Shown here in pieces: positions 48,108 to 58,907 of a stretch of DNA of 64,000 bases. The notes below the pieces were generated by a model. It ran no database searches. It was not told the origin of the DNA and saw nothing but the letters and a program-made list of their open reading frames with translations. This DNA comes from Heptranchias perlo. Its lineage: Eukaryota. Each line of letters opens with the position of its first letter. Within the stretch, counting starts at the first letter, position 1. The position numbers and the translations under genes are program-made. Location of the stretch: positions 4,526,001-4,590,000 of the forward strand of contig NC_090364.1 of assembly GCF_035084215.1 (NCBI RefSeq), given 5' to 3'.

Positions 48108-51100
48108 TCAAATTAAAATTTTATTATCCTCGTCCAGGATGCACTCCAGCCCCTGCGGTGCCCACCGGTCGCGGAAAGCCTCGAGCGTACCGGCAGACAC
48201 CGCGTGCTCCATCTCCAGGGCCACCCGGGCGCGGAGCATTCCGCGGAAGAGAGGCAGACAGGCCGAGCGACCGCCCCCACGGACCACGATCATCCTAGAC
48301 CTGTGGATGGCCACCTTGGACAGGCCCAGGAGCAGGCCCACGAGAACGTCCACCGACCTGCCCGCCCCCCCCTCCTCACCGGGCGGCCAAAGATCAGGAG
48401 CGTGGGACTGAAATGCAGCCAGAACTTGAGGAGCAGCCCCTCCAAATAATGGAACGGGGGCTGCAGTCTCGCACACCCGGTGTACAGATGGAACACGGAC
48501 TCCTCCAGGCCGCAGAAATCGCAAGCGGCCTGGGTGTCCGTGAAATGGCGTAACCGCCGGTTGCACGCGACTGCTCCGTGCGCCACCCTCCACCCCAGAT
48601 CCCCAAAGTAACACAGGAGGACCCCTGTATAGAGAGCCTCCCACTGGGGACCCCCGTCTCCGCCGGACGGCAGGATGGCACGCCAGGGCGTGTCCGGCCG
48701 AGAGACGAGGGCGAGGAAGTGGATGGTGTGCAGGAGCAGCCCGTACAGGAAATCCCTCCGCGCGGTGTGAAACGGCACGGAGGGAATTTCCGAGAGACGG
48801 CTCAAGTTGTGAGGCGCGGCCCCCCGAGGGAGGTTCCGGGGTTTGGCGCCGAGGAGGAATTCCGTCCGAACGGGGGTCAGGTCGGACGGGATGGCTCCGC
48901 ACGCCTGAGCCGCCTCCACACCCCGAGTGGAGTCAGGGCCGAGCGCCGATTTCAACGCCCGGATGGCGGCGGCCGCGTCCCCGGCACGCCACGAGGACAT
49001 CCGTGCGGCGAGCGCCCACGGCTCCAACCAACCCGACCCACCGCCATCCAGGACGTCCCTGACTCTGGTCACCCGACCGGCCACGGCCCTCCGCACCGAC
49101 AGCCGCGAGTGGCCGAAGCCGATATCGCGGAGGAACGGATTCCCGAGCAGCGGCTCCTGCAGGACGGCCGCTACCCCTGACGGGCGAGAGCACCGACCGG
49201 AGGCGACCATGTTCCAGACCCTGAGCAGATCCTGGTAAAAGACAGGCAGCTCCTGCAAAGACGTGCGGCCGCCCACCAGCGAGATGAACAGGAGCTGCGT
49301 GTCGTAGTTCAGGCCGTGCAGCTGGCGGAAAAAATACGTCGCCAGCGCACGCCATCTAAGAGGACGCTCAACGTACAGGTATCGCCGCAGCGTCCGAAGG
49401 CGGAAAGTTGCTACCTGGGTGCGGACGCACACCAGCCCCTGACCGCCCTCCCTAAGCGGGAGACTCAGGACCGCGGCAGCGACCCAGTGTATCCCTTTGG
49501 CCCAGAAGAAGTCGACAAACTTCTTCTGAATCTTGGCGACAAACTCGGGGGGTGGGGTCAAAGTGACCAACCGGTACCACAACATGGCGGCCACCAGCTG
49601 GTTTATGACCAGCACACGACCCCTGTAGGATAACACTCGGAGCAGTCCTGTCCAGCGCGCCAGGCGAGCGGTGACTTTGGCCTCCAGCTCTTCCCAGTTC
49701 GCCGGCCAGGCTTCCTCGGCAGGGCCGAGGTAGACTCCCAGGTACCGGAGGTGCGTGGTACTCCAGGCGAAAGGCCTGAGCTCCTCCGGCAGGGAGTCCA
49801 CCCGCCACTGACCCACCAGGAGTCCGGAACATTTCTCCCAGTTGATCCTTGCGGAAGACGCCGCAGAGTAGACCTCTTGGCACTCGCGCATCCTCCGCAA
49901 GTCAAGGGGATCCGTGACCACGAGGAGCACGTCGTCGGCGTAAGCCGAAAGGACGATCTCCACGTCCGGCTCGCGCAGAGCCAGTCCCGACAACCTCTTG
50001 CGCAAGAGGCGCAGGAAAGGCTCCACGCAGACGGCGTATAATTGGCCGGACATGGGGCACCCCTGACGCACTCCTCTCCCGAAGCGAAGGGGCGCCGTCA
50101 AGGATCCGTTAACCTTAATCAGACACTCCGCGGCGGCGTACAGAAGTCGGATCCGGGCGACGAAATGCGACCCGAACCCGAAAGCGCGCAGAGTCCCGAA
50201 TAGATACTCGTGATCCACCCTGTCGAACGCCTTCTCCTGATCTAAGGAAAGGAAGGCGACCGACAGACCAGCCCTCTGGGAATGGTGGATCAGGTCCCGG
50301 ACCAGATGGATGTTATCGTGGATCTTCCGGCCCGGGACCGTGTAGGACTGGTCGGGGTGGATCATGTGGGCCAGCACGGTGCCCAGGCGAGCAGACATCG
50401 CCTTGGCAAAGACCTTATAATCCGTGCTGAGGAGGGAGACCGGGCGCCAGTTTTTAAGGTTGCGGAGATCCCCCTTCTTAGGCAGCAGGACCACGACCGC
50501 CCTGCGCCACGAAAGGGGCATCTCCCCGGTCGCCAGACATTCCCCCAGGACCCGCGCGTAGTCGCCCCCCAGGACGTCCCAGAAGGCCCTGAGGAACTCC
50601 ACGGTCAGCCCGTCCAGCCCCGGGGACTTGCCCCTGGAGAGCTGGTGGAGGGCGCCGGTCGGCTCCGCCAAACTGAGCGGAGCGTCCAGACGCTCGGCGT
50701 CCTCCGGGCCGACCTTCGGCAAGTCCTCCCACAAAACTCTGCGCGCCTCCTCGCTGGACGGATCCGGAGAGAACAGAGCCTCGTAGAAAGATCGAGCCCG
50801 GGCCCTGACTCCCTCCGGGTCCGAGACGAGGGACCCGTCGTCGGCCAGCAGCGTAAGGAGCTGCTTACGAGCCCCCCGCCGCTTTTCCAGCGAGTAGAAG
50901 AAGGGAGAGCAGCGGTCCAGGTCCCGCAGGAGCTGGAGCCGCGACCTCACGTACGCTCCTCGGGACCCGACCAGTTGCAGGTCCCTCAGCGTCCTTCCTC
51001 TCCTCGTACACCTGCCGCAGGGCCGGATCCTCGGCGGCCTGACCGAGACGGGACTCCAGGCCAAGCACCTCCTGCTCCAACCGCCTGACCTCGGACTCCC

Positions 51101-52013
51101 GCCTCTTAGTCGACCCCCTCGCGTACTCTTGACAGAAGAGGCTGACGTGAGCCTTGCCCACGTCCCACCATAGCCTCAAGGAGGAGAAGCCTCCCCGCTT
51201 CCCTCTCCAGTCGCTCCAGAACAGACGGAACGAGTCCCGGAACCGCGCGTCCTCCAGCAGCCGGTTGTTAAAGTGCCAATACGCGGACCCCGACCGGGCG
51301 CGGAGCAGAGCGAGCTCCATCCACACCAGGTGGTGGTCCGAGCACGACACCGGCCGGATGGAGGCCGACGGGACGCAGGAGGCGTACGCCCGCGAAACGT
51401 ACAGGCGGTCGATTCTGGTGCTCCCCCCTCCGGCCCTCACAAAGGTGAACTGGCCGGAGTCGGGATGGAGATTCCGCCAGACGTCCACCAAGTCGAAGGA
51501 CCCGACCAGGTCCCTCAACTTCTCCGTCGCCGTTCGGGCACGCGCGGGACCGGAGCGGTCCCTCGCCTCGAGGGTACGGTTAAAATCCCCCCCGAGGATA
51601 ATGCACTCGCCGGCGTCGACGGAGTTTAGGTAAGTGGACACTTCTTCAAAGAAGCTCACTTGCTCGCCCTCGGACCAGGGGGCGTACACGTTCACCAGGT
51701 GAAGCGGCACGTCCCCGTGGCGAAGGGCTACGTGGAGCAAGCGGCCCGGCACCGGCTCCTTGACCCCCAAGATCTCCGGCTGAAAAGTCGGGGCCAACAA
51801 GATGGCCACCCCGCTCGAAACGCTGGCGAGGTGACTCAAGTGGACCCCCCCTCCCCATTCCAGGATCCACGTGGCCTCGTCTCCCGGAACGGTGTGGGTT
51901 TCCTGCAGAAAGCACACCGCATACTTCCCGTCCCGCAGGACCGAGAACTTGTCAAATCTACGGCGGGCGTCTCTGCCGCCGTTGATGTTGAGGCTGGCTA
52001 TGGTTATCTCCAT
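48108..52013 (-). pseudogene. Tx1 ORF2 copy D, disrupted
   Basis: Split over ORFs 50865-52031, 48290-51064 and 48108-48902. 2-nt deletion at ~50988 and indel in the C-run at ~48365; the latter could be a sequencing error. Confidence 0.88.
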
Positions 52014-52042
52014 GGCGAGAGCACAGCGCAACCTACTTAAAC

Positions 52043-54085
52043 CTAACGCGCGGAGGGAGCGGGGCCGCTAGTCGACCGCCACTCCCTCAAGAGCCCGGTG
52101 AGGAGGGATCTGAGCCGACGCAGCCCGACCCCGCCGTCGTCCCCTTCCGCGGCCACGGACGCGACGGCGGCCAGGACCGAGCGGATTAACTGCGCCGGCT
52201 CCGACCAACGGTCGAGGGCCAGCCGGACGCCATCGCGACGACGGCTCCAACCGGACGCAAAATCCCGGAGTTCCTCAACGGGGATGAGGGGAGACTCGGT
52301 GCCGGGCACGAGGGCGTCCACCACCTCACTGGCGGCGAACTCTAAATCCTCCCCAGTGCCCACCACCGAGTCCCCGTCCTCCTCCGGGTCATCGTCGCCC
52401 GCGGCCGACCCGCTCCCCGCACAAAGCGCGGAGAACGAGACGGCCGCGCCGGCCAGCCCCGCCTCCGCCACGATCCCACCCCCAGGATCGTCGGCAGAGG
52501 AGTCCTCCCCGGGCTCCACCGGGGGGTCCGAGTCAGACGGCGGCGCCGGGCGGGGACCCTCCCCAGCCTCCGAGCGGTCAAAAACCGGCACCCGGATATA
52601 AGGGGAACCCGGGGAAACCGGGGAGAACGTGTACTCAAGTTCTCCCACCTCCCCCGGCTCCGAGCCCAGAGACTGAGAGGAGGGGGTCTCCCCACCCACG
52701 TCGCCACCGACCGACCCGGCCGGTGAGATATTCTGGTTAAAACCCACCACCAGGTCGAGCAGGTCCTGGGAGAGGTCGAGCCGGGGGCAGACGAATTTGG
52801 CCGCAACGGCCTCGCCCACCCCGGCACCCAGGACGCCCGACCCGGTGAACAGGGTGGTATCGGGTAAATGCGGAGCCGCGACCCCCCCTATCGGCGGGGT
52901 CTCTCCATCCCCCCCGGGAGGCACGGGCACGATCTCCTCCCCCCGAGAGGTGGATGACCCCCGCCGCTGTTCGGATGTCACGGGCGGGGCCGCAGGATCC
53001 GCGACCGGCACCGACTCCCCTTCCACGGGGGGCCGTCCCTTAGCAGGGAGCCCGTTCGCTTCCGGGGAGTGGCGCCTCTTTTTCTTCCCGGGGGGTCGCG
53101 GAGGGAGGGGGAACTCCATGTCTGCTGGGACCCCCACCTCCGCTCCCTCCTGATCACCCGCCAGCCCGGGCTCTGTCGCGACCGCGAGATGTTGACTGGC
53201 CGCGGTCACGGCCTCGGGCTGACTCAGATCTTCTCTGTCCCGGGGACCAGCCTCTAAATTCTTCCTCTTTCTCCGCGCCTTTCTCTGGCGAGGGTTCCCC
53301 TCCTCCCCCCTGGCGGAGGCCTCGACGCCAACCTCCACCCGCGCAGTTGACTGTCCCGACGCGGGGGCGGGGTTGGGGGGAGGAGCGGTGGCGGCGCCAG
53401 CCCCGGCCGCCGTAGCTGTTTTGGCGGCCTGAGAGGCAGGGCAGTTCCTCTTCAGGTGCCCCACCTCCTTACAGGCATGGCACCGCCCACCCTCTGCCGT
53501 CCAAAAGACGCGGTAAGGGATCCCCTCGTGGAGGGCGTTAAAGCCCCCCTCCGTAACCTCCTCCCGTGCCAGCTTGACAAATGCCTGGCGACGGAAGGAG
53601 TAAACATGCCGGAGGCTGTTCTCCCTGAGTCCGAGCGGCAGCGGCGTTACCCCCGACCTCACCTCCCCCAGTTGACGTAGGTGGGGGAGGAGGAGCTCGT
53701 CCGACAGGAAAGGCGGGACGTTGGATAAAATGACTCGCTGCGCGGTGGCCTCCAGCGGGTCCACCGGCAGGAAGGTCCCGCCAACCGTGAGCCCCTTACT
53801 AAGGGCCAGGGACACCGCCCGCTCGGACCTCAGGAAGAACACCGCCCTCCCGTACATTTTTGAGGCCGCGACGATGGCCGAGGGGCCGACAACCTCGGCC
53901 ATGGCCTTAACGCAGGCCTCAATGGTCATGTTGGGGTGGGCGTAGCTCTTCACCCCATGCTTCCTCGTAATGAGGCGGAAAGGCGCCGGCCCAGCAGGAG
54001 CGGCACGAACTGTAGGAGCGGCCCCCGAGGTAACCGCCGCATACGTCCTGCTGGGTCCCGGCACCGGCGAAGATGGTGAAGCCAT
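52043..54085 (-). CDS. Tx1 ORF1, copy D
   Basis: Open 680-aa frame from ATG at 54085; CCHC knuckle. Confidence 0.93.
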   Translation of the reverse strand: MASPSSPVPGPSRTYAAVTSGAAPTVRAAPAGPAPFRLITRKHGVKSYAHPNMTIEACVKAMAEVVGPSAIVAASKMYGRAVFFLRSERAVSLALSKGLTVGGTFLPVDPLEATAQRVILSNVPPFLSDELLLPHLRQLGEVRSGVTPLPLGLRENSLRHVYSFRRQAFVKLAREEVTEGGFNALHEGIPYRVFWTAEGGRCHACKEVGHLKRNCPASQAAKTATAAGAGAATAPPPNPAPASGQSTARVEVGVEASARGEEGNPRQRKARRKRKNLEAGPRDREDLSQPEAVTAASQHLAVATEPGLAGDQEGAEVGVPADMEFPLPPRPPGKKKRRHSPEANGLPAKGRPPVEGESVPVADPAAPPVTSEQRRGSSTSRGEEIVPVPPGGDGETPPIGGVAAPHLPDTTLFTGSGVLGAGVGEAVAAKFVCPRLDLSQDLLDLVVGFNQNISPAGSVGGDVGGETPSSQSLGSEPGEVGELEYTFSPVSPGSPYIRVPVFDRSEAGEGPRPAPPSDSDPPVEPGEDSSADDPGGGIVAEAGLAGAAVSFSALCAGSGSAAGDDDPEEDGDSVVGTGEDLEFAASEVVDALVPGTESPLIPVEELRDFASGWSRRRDGVRLALDRWSEPAQLIRSVLAAVASVAAEGDDGGVGLRRLRSLLTGLLREWRSTSGPAPSAR

Positions 54086-54972
54086 GACTGAGAGCCACAC
54101 CCACCCCAAGTCTCAGGCCTTTGGATGGAAATTGGCCTTTTTTTTTAAAAGAATTCTTGAGGATACCTCTCTCCCCGAATCCCAGTGCTTGGTTGGGAGA
54201 GGGCCCCTTTGTTGTTTTTATATATTCCCAGAATACCCCGGAGAGCAAGGGAATATCCCAGAGAGCAGGAGAAGGTGGGAGGGATGGATGGCAGAATGGG
54301 AAGGAGGGAGTCTGCAGGGGTAGGCTGCTGCAGAAGTGGGTGGAAGAGGGGCGGGGTTGCACCTTAAAAGGTGGATCCTCTTCTGCCTGTCTTCCGGTGG
54401 GCAGGGGGAGGAGATGTCTTCCCCTAGACAGCTGGAGCTGCCTAGGCTCAGTCCTCCAAAGATTTGAAAAAGAAAGTAACTTCACCCAGGCAGCTCCAGC
54501 TGTCCCGGGCCAGACACTTGGGGGGGACCCCTGTCCTCTGAAGTCTTCTTCCTCCCCCTACCTTCAGCCGACACACCTCACTGCACCGACCACCTCTTCC
54601 TCCCACTGGTTGGTGCTCTTTTTCTCCTTCTCCCTCCCTCCTTGTTGATGGTGGTTTCTCCTTCTTTCTCCTTCTCCTTCACCCCAAGGGACCCAGGCAA
54701 GGGCCTGCTCTCTCTGCTCTCTCTGCTCTCTCTGCTCTCCACTCCACTCAGTGGCAGTCCAGCCACAAACACCTCCAAGGCCTTGCTGGTCTGTATTGCA
54801 AAGCTCTGATTGGCTCTGGATATCAATCTCTCCCCCAGAGCCCTGTCCTTTGTTAATTGGTGCTTGGATTTTTTTTTTTTTTTTTTTTTGTGTATTAGGC
54901 CCCCCTTTTATAAGAAGGGGGGGTGTGGGGTGTGCTTAAATACTAAAAACCAAATAAACCAAAACCAAGTGT

Positions 54973-57900
54973 TCAAATTAAAATTTTATTATCCACGTCC
55001 AGGATGCACTCCAGCCCCTGCGGTGCCCACCGGTCGCGGAAAGCCTCAAGCGTACCGGCAGACACCGCGTGCTCCATCTCCAGGGCCACCCGGGCGCGGA
55101 GCATTCCGCGGAAGAGAGGCAGACAGGCCGAGCGACCGCCCCCACGGACCACGATCATCCTAGACCTGTGGATGGCCACCTTGGACAGGCCCAGGAGCAG
55201 GCCCACGAGGACGTCCACCGACCTGCCCGCCCCCCTCCTCACCGGGCGGCCAAAGATCAGGAGCGTGGGACTGAAGTGCAGCCAGAACTTGAGGAGCAGC
55301 CCCTTCAAATAATGGAACAGGGGCTGCAGTCTCGCACACCCAGTGTACAGATGGAACACGGACTCCTCCAGGCCGCAGAAATCACAAGCGGCCTGGGTGT
55401 CCGTGAAATGGCGTAACCGCCGGTTGCACGCGACTGCTCCGTGCGCCACCCTCCACCCCAGATCCCCAAAGTAACACGGGAGGATCCCTGTATAGAGAGC
55501 CTCCCAATGGGGACCCCCGTCTCCGCCGGACGGCAGGATGGTACGCCAGGGCGTGTCCGGCCGAGAGACGAGGGCGGGGAAGTGGATGGTGTGCAGGAGC
55601 AGCCCGTACAGGAAATCCCTCCGCGCGGTGTGAAACGGCACGGAGGGAATTTCCGAGAGACGACTCAAGTTGTGAGGCGCGGCCCCCCGAGGGAGGTTCC
55701 GGGGTTTGGCGCCGAGGAGGAACTCCGTCCGAACGGGGGTCAGGTCGGACGGGATGGCTCCGCACGCCTGAGCCGCCTCCACATCCCGAGTGGAGTCAGG
55801 GCCGAGCGCCGATTTCAACGCCCGGATGGCGATGGCCGCGTCCCCGGCACGCCACGAGGACATCCGTGCGGCGAGCGCCCACGGCTCCAACCAACCCGAC
55901 CCACCGCCATCCAGGACGTCCCTGACTCTGGTCACCCGACCGGCCACGGCCCTCCGCACCGACAGCCGCGAGTGGCCGAAGCCGATATCGCGGAGGAACG
56001 GATTCCCGAGCAGCGGCTCCTGCAGGACGGCCGCTACCCCTGACGGGCGAGAGCTCCGACCGGAGGCGACCATGTTCCAGACCCTGAGCAGATCCTGGTA
56101 AAAGACAGGCAGCTCCTGCAAAGACATGCGGCCGCCCACCAGCGAGATGAACAGGAGCTGCGTGTCGTAGTTCAGGCCGTGCAGCTGGCGGAAAAAATAC
56201 GTCGCCAGCGCACGCCATCTAAGAGGACGCTCAACGTACAGGTATCGCCGCAGCGTCCGAAGGCGGAAAGTTGCCACCTGGGTGCGGACGCACACCAGCC
56301 CCTGACCGCCCTCCCCAAGCGGGAGACTCAGGACCGCGGCAGCGACCCAGTGTATCCCTCTGGCCCAGAAGAAGTCGACAAACTTCTTCTGAATTTTGGC
56401 GACAAACTCAGGGGGGGGGGTCAAAGTGACCAACCGGTACCACAACATGGCGGCCACCAGCTGGTTTATGACCAGCACACGACCCCTGTAGGATAACACT
56501 CGGAGCAGTCCTGTCCAGCGCGCCAGGCGAGCGGTGACTTTGGCCTCCAGCTCTTCCCAGTTCGCCGGCCGGGCTTCCTCGGCAGGGCCGAGGTAGACTC
56601 CCAGGTACCGGAGGTGCGTGGTACTCCAGGCGAAAGGCCTGAGCTCCTCCGGCAGGGAGTCCACCCGCCACTGACCCACCAGGAGTCCGGAACATTTCTC
56701 CCAGTTGATCCTTGCGGAAGACGCCGCAGAGTAGACCTCTTGGCACTCGCGCATCCTCCGCAAGTCAAGGGGATCCGTGACCACGAGGAGCACGTCGTCG
56801 GCGTAAGCCGAAAGGACGACCTCCACGTCCGGCTCGCGCAGAGCCAGTCCCGACAACCTCTTGCGCAAGAGGCGCAGGAAAGGCTCCACGCAGACGGCGT
56901 ATAATTGGCCGGACATGGGGCACCCCTGACGCACTCCTCTCCCGAAGCGAAGGGGCGCCGTCAAGGATCCGTTAACCTTAATCAGACACTCCGCGGCGGC
57001 GTACAGAAGTCGGATCCGGGCGACGAAATGCGACCCGAACCCGAAAGCGCGCAGAGTCCCGAATAGATACTCGTGATCCACCCTGTCGAACGCCTTCTCC
57101 TGATCTAAGGAAAGGAAGGCGACCGACAGACCAGCCCTCTGGGAATGGTGGATCAGGTCCCGGACCAGATGGATGTTATCGTGGATCTTCCGGCCCGGGA
57201 CCGTGTAGGACTGGTCGGGGTGGATCATGTGGGCCAGCACGGTGCCCAGGCGAGCAGACATCGCCTTGGCAAAGACCTTATAATCCGTGCTGAGGAGGGA
57301 GACCGGGCGCCAGTTTTTAAGGTTGCGGAGATCCCCCTTCTTAGGCAGCAGGACCACGACCGCCCTGCGCCACGAAAGGGGCATCTCCCCGGTCGCCAGA
57401 CATTCCCCCAGGACCCGCGCATAGTCGCCCCCCAGGACGTCCCAGAAGGCCCTGAGGAACTCCACGGTCAGTCCGTCCAGCCCCGGGGACTTGCCCCTGG
57501 AGAGCTGGTGGAGGGCGCCGGTCAGCTCCGCCAAACTGAGCGGAGCGTCCAGACGCTCGGCGTCCTCCGGGCCGACCTTCGGCAAGTCCTCCCACAAAAC
57601 TCTGCGCGCCTCCTCGCTGGACGGATCCGGAGAGAACAGAGCCTCGTAGAAAGATCGAGCCCGGGCCCTGACTCCCTCCGGGTCCGAGACGAGGGACCCG
57701 TCGTCGGCCAGCAGCGTAAGGAGCTGCTTACGAGCCCCCCGCCGCTTTTCCAGCGAGTAGAAGAAGGGAGAGCCGCGGTCCAGGTCCCGCAGGAGCTGGA
57801 GCCGCGACCTCACGTACGCTCCTCGGGACCCGACCAGTTGCAGGTCCCTCAGAGCGTCCTTCCTCTCCTCGTACACCTGCCGCAGGGCCGGATCCTCGGC

Positions 57901-58878
57901 GGCCTGACCGAGACGGGACTCCAGGCCAAGCACCTCCTGCTCCAACCGCCTGACCTCGGACTCCCGCCTCTTAGTCGACCCCCTCGCGTACTCTTGACAG
58001 AAGAGGCGGACGTGAGCCTTGCCCACGTCCCACCATAGCCTCAAGGAGGAGAAGCCTCCCCGCTTCCCTCTCCAGTCGCTCCAGAACAGACAGAACGAGT
58101 CCCGGAACCGCGCGTCCTCCAGCAGCCGGTTGTTAAAGTGCCAGTACGCGGACCCCGACCGGGCGCGGAGCAGAGCGAGCTCCATCCACACCAGGTGGTG
58201 GTCCGAGCACGACACCGGCCGGATGGAGGCCGACGGGACGCAGGAGGCGTACGCCCGCGAAACGTACAGGCGGTCGATTCTGGTGCTCCCCCCTCCGGCC
58301 CTCACAAAGGTGAACTGGCCGGAGTCGGGATGGAGATTCCGCCAGACGTCCACCAAGTCGAAGGACCCGACCAGGTCCCTCAACTTCTCTGTCGCCGTTC
58401 GGGCACGCGCGGGACCGGAGCGGTCCCTCGCCTCGAGGGTACGGTTAAAATCCCCCCCGAGGATAATGCACTCGCCGGCGTCGACGGAGTTTAGGTAAGT
58501 GGACACTTCTTCAAAGAAGCTCACTTGCTCGCCCTCGGACCAGGGGGCGTACACGTTCACCAGGTGAAGCGGCACGTCCCCGTGGCGAAGGGCTACGTGG
58601 AGCAAGCGGCCCGGCACCGGCTCCTTGACCCCCAAGATCTCCGGCTGAAAAGTCGGGGCCAACAAGATGGCCACCCCGCTCGAAACGCTGGCGAGGTGAC
58701 TCAAGTAGACCCCCCCTCCCCATTCCAGGATCCACGTGGCCTCGTCTCCCGGAACGGTGTGGGTTTCCTGCAGAAAGCACACCGCATACTTCCCGTCCCG
58801 CAGGACCGAGAACTTGTCAAATCTACGGCGGGCGTCTCTGCCGCCGTTGATGTTGAGGCTGGCTATGGTTATCTCCAT
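54973..58878 (-). CDS. Tx1 ORF2 (APE+RT+Cys/His motif), copy E, intact (~1301 aa)
   Basis: All APE and RT motifs present (GGDFN, SDH, QGCP, YADD); ends ...ECILDVDNKILI*. Confidence 0.96.
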   Translation of the reverse strand: MEITIASLNINGGRDARRRFDKFSVLRDGKYAVCFLQETHTVPGDEATWILEWGGGVYLSHLASVSSGVAILLAPTFQPEILGVKEPVPGRLLHVALRHGDVPLHLVNVYAPWSEGEQVSFFEEVSTYLNSVDAGECIILGGDFNRTLEARDRSGPARARTATEKLRDLVGSFDLVDVWRNLHPDSGQFTFVRAGGGSTRIDRLYVSRAYASCVPSASIRPVSCSDHHLVWMELALLRARSGSAYWHFNNRLLEDARFRDSFCLFWSDWRGKRGGFSSLRLWWDVGKAHVRLFCQEYARGSTKRRESEVRRLEQEVLGLESRLGQAAEDPALRQVYEERKDALRDLQLVGSRGAYVRSRLQLLRDLDRGSPFFYSLEKRRGARKQLLTLLADDGSLVSDPEGVRARARSFYEALFSPDPSSEEARRVLWEDLPKVGPEDAERLDAPLSLAELTGALHQLSRGKSPGLDGLTVEFLRAFWDVLGGDYARVLGECLATGEMPLSWRRAVVVLLPKKGDLRNLKNWRPVSLLSTDYKVFAKAMSARLGTVLAHMIHPDQSYTVPGRKIHDNIHLVRDLIHHSQRAGLSVAFLSLDQEKAFDRVDHEYLFGTLRAFGFGSHFVARIRLLYAAAECLIKVNGSLTAPLRFGRGVRQGCPMSGQLYAVCVEPFLRLLRKRLSGLALREPDVEVVLSAYADDVLLVVTDPLDLRRMRECQEVYSAASSARINWEKCSGLLVGQWRVDSLPEELRPFAWSTTHLRYLGVYLGPAEEARPANWEELEAKVTARLARWTGLLRVLSYRGRVLVINQLVAAMLWYRLVTLTPPPEFVAKIQKKFVDFFWARGIHWVAAAVLSLPLGEGGQGLVCVRTQVATFRLRTLRRYLYVERPLRWRALATYFFRQLHGLNYDTQLLFISLVGGRMSLQELPVFYQDLLRVWNMVASGRSSRPSGVAAVLQEPLLGNPFLRDIGFGHSRLSVRRAVAGRVTRVRDVLDGGGSGWLEPWALAARMSSWRAGDAAIAIRALKSALGPDSTRDVEAAQACGAIPSDLTPVRTEFLLGAKPRNLPRGAAPHNLSRLSEIPSVPFHTARRDFLYGLLLHTIHFPALVSRPDTPWRTILPSGGDGGPHWEALYTGILPCYFGDLGWRVAHGAVACNRRLRHFTDTQAACDFCGLEESVFHLYTGCARLQPLFHYLKGLLLKFWLHFSPTLLIFGRPVRRGAGRSVDVLVGLLLGLSKVAIHRSRMIVVRGGGRSACLPLFRGMLRARVALEMEHAVSAGTLEAFRDRWAPQGLECILDVDNKILI

Positions 58879-58907
58879 GGCAAGAGCACAGCGCAACCTA
58901 CTTAAAC

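Larger units (their letters stand above)
48016..54793 (-). mobile_element. Full-length Tx1 copy D (ORF2 frameshifted)
   Basis: Collinear with copy B; 5' end ...GCTGGTCTG at 54793. Confidence 0.96.
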
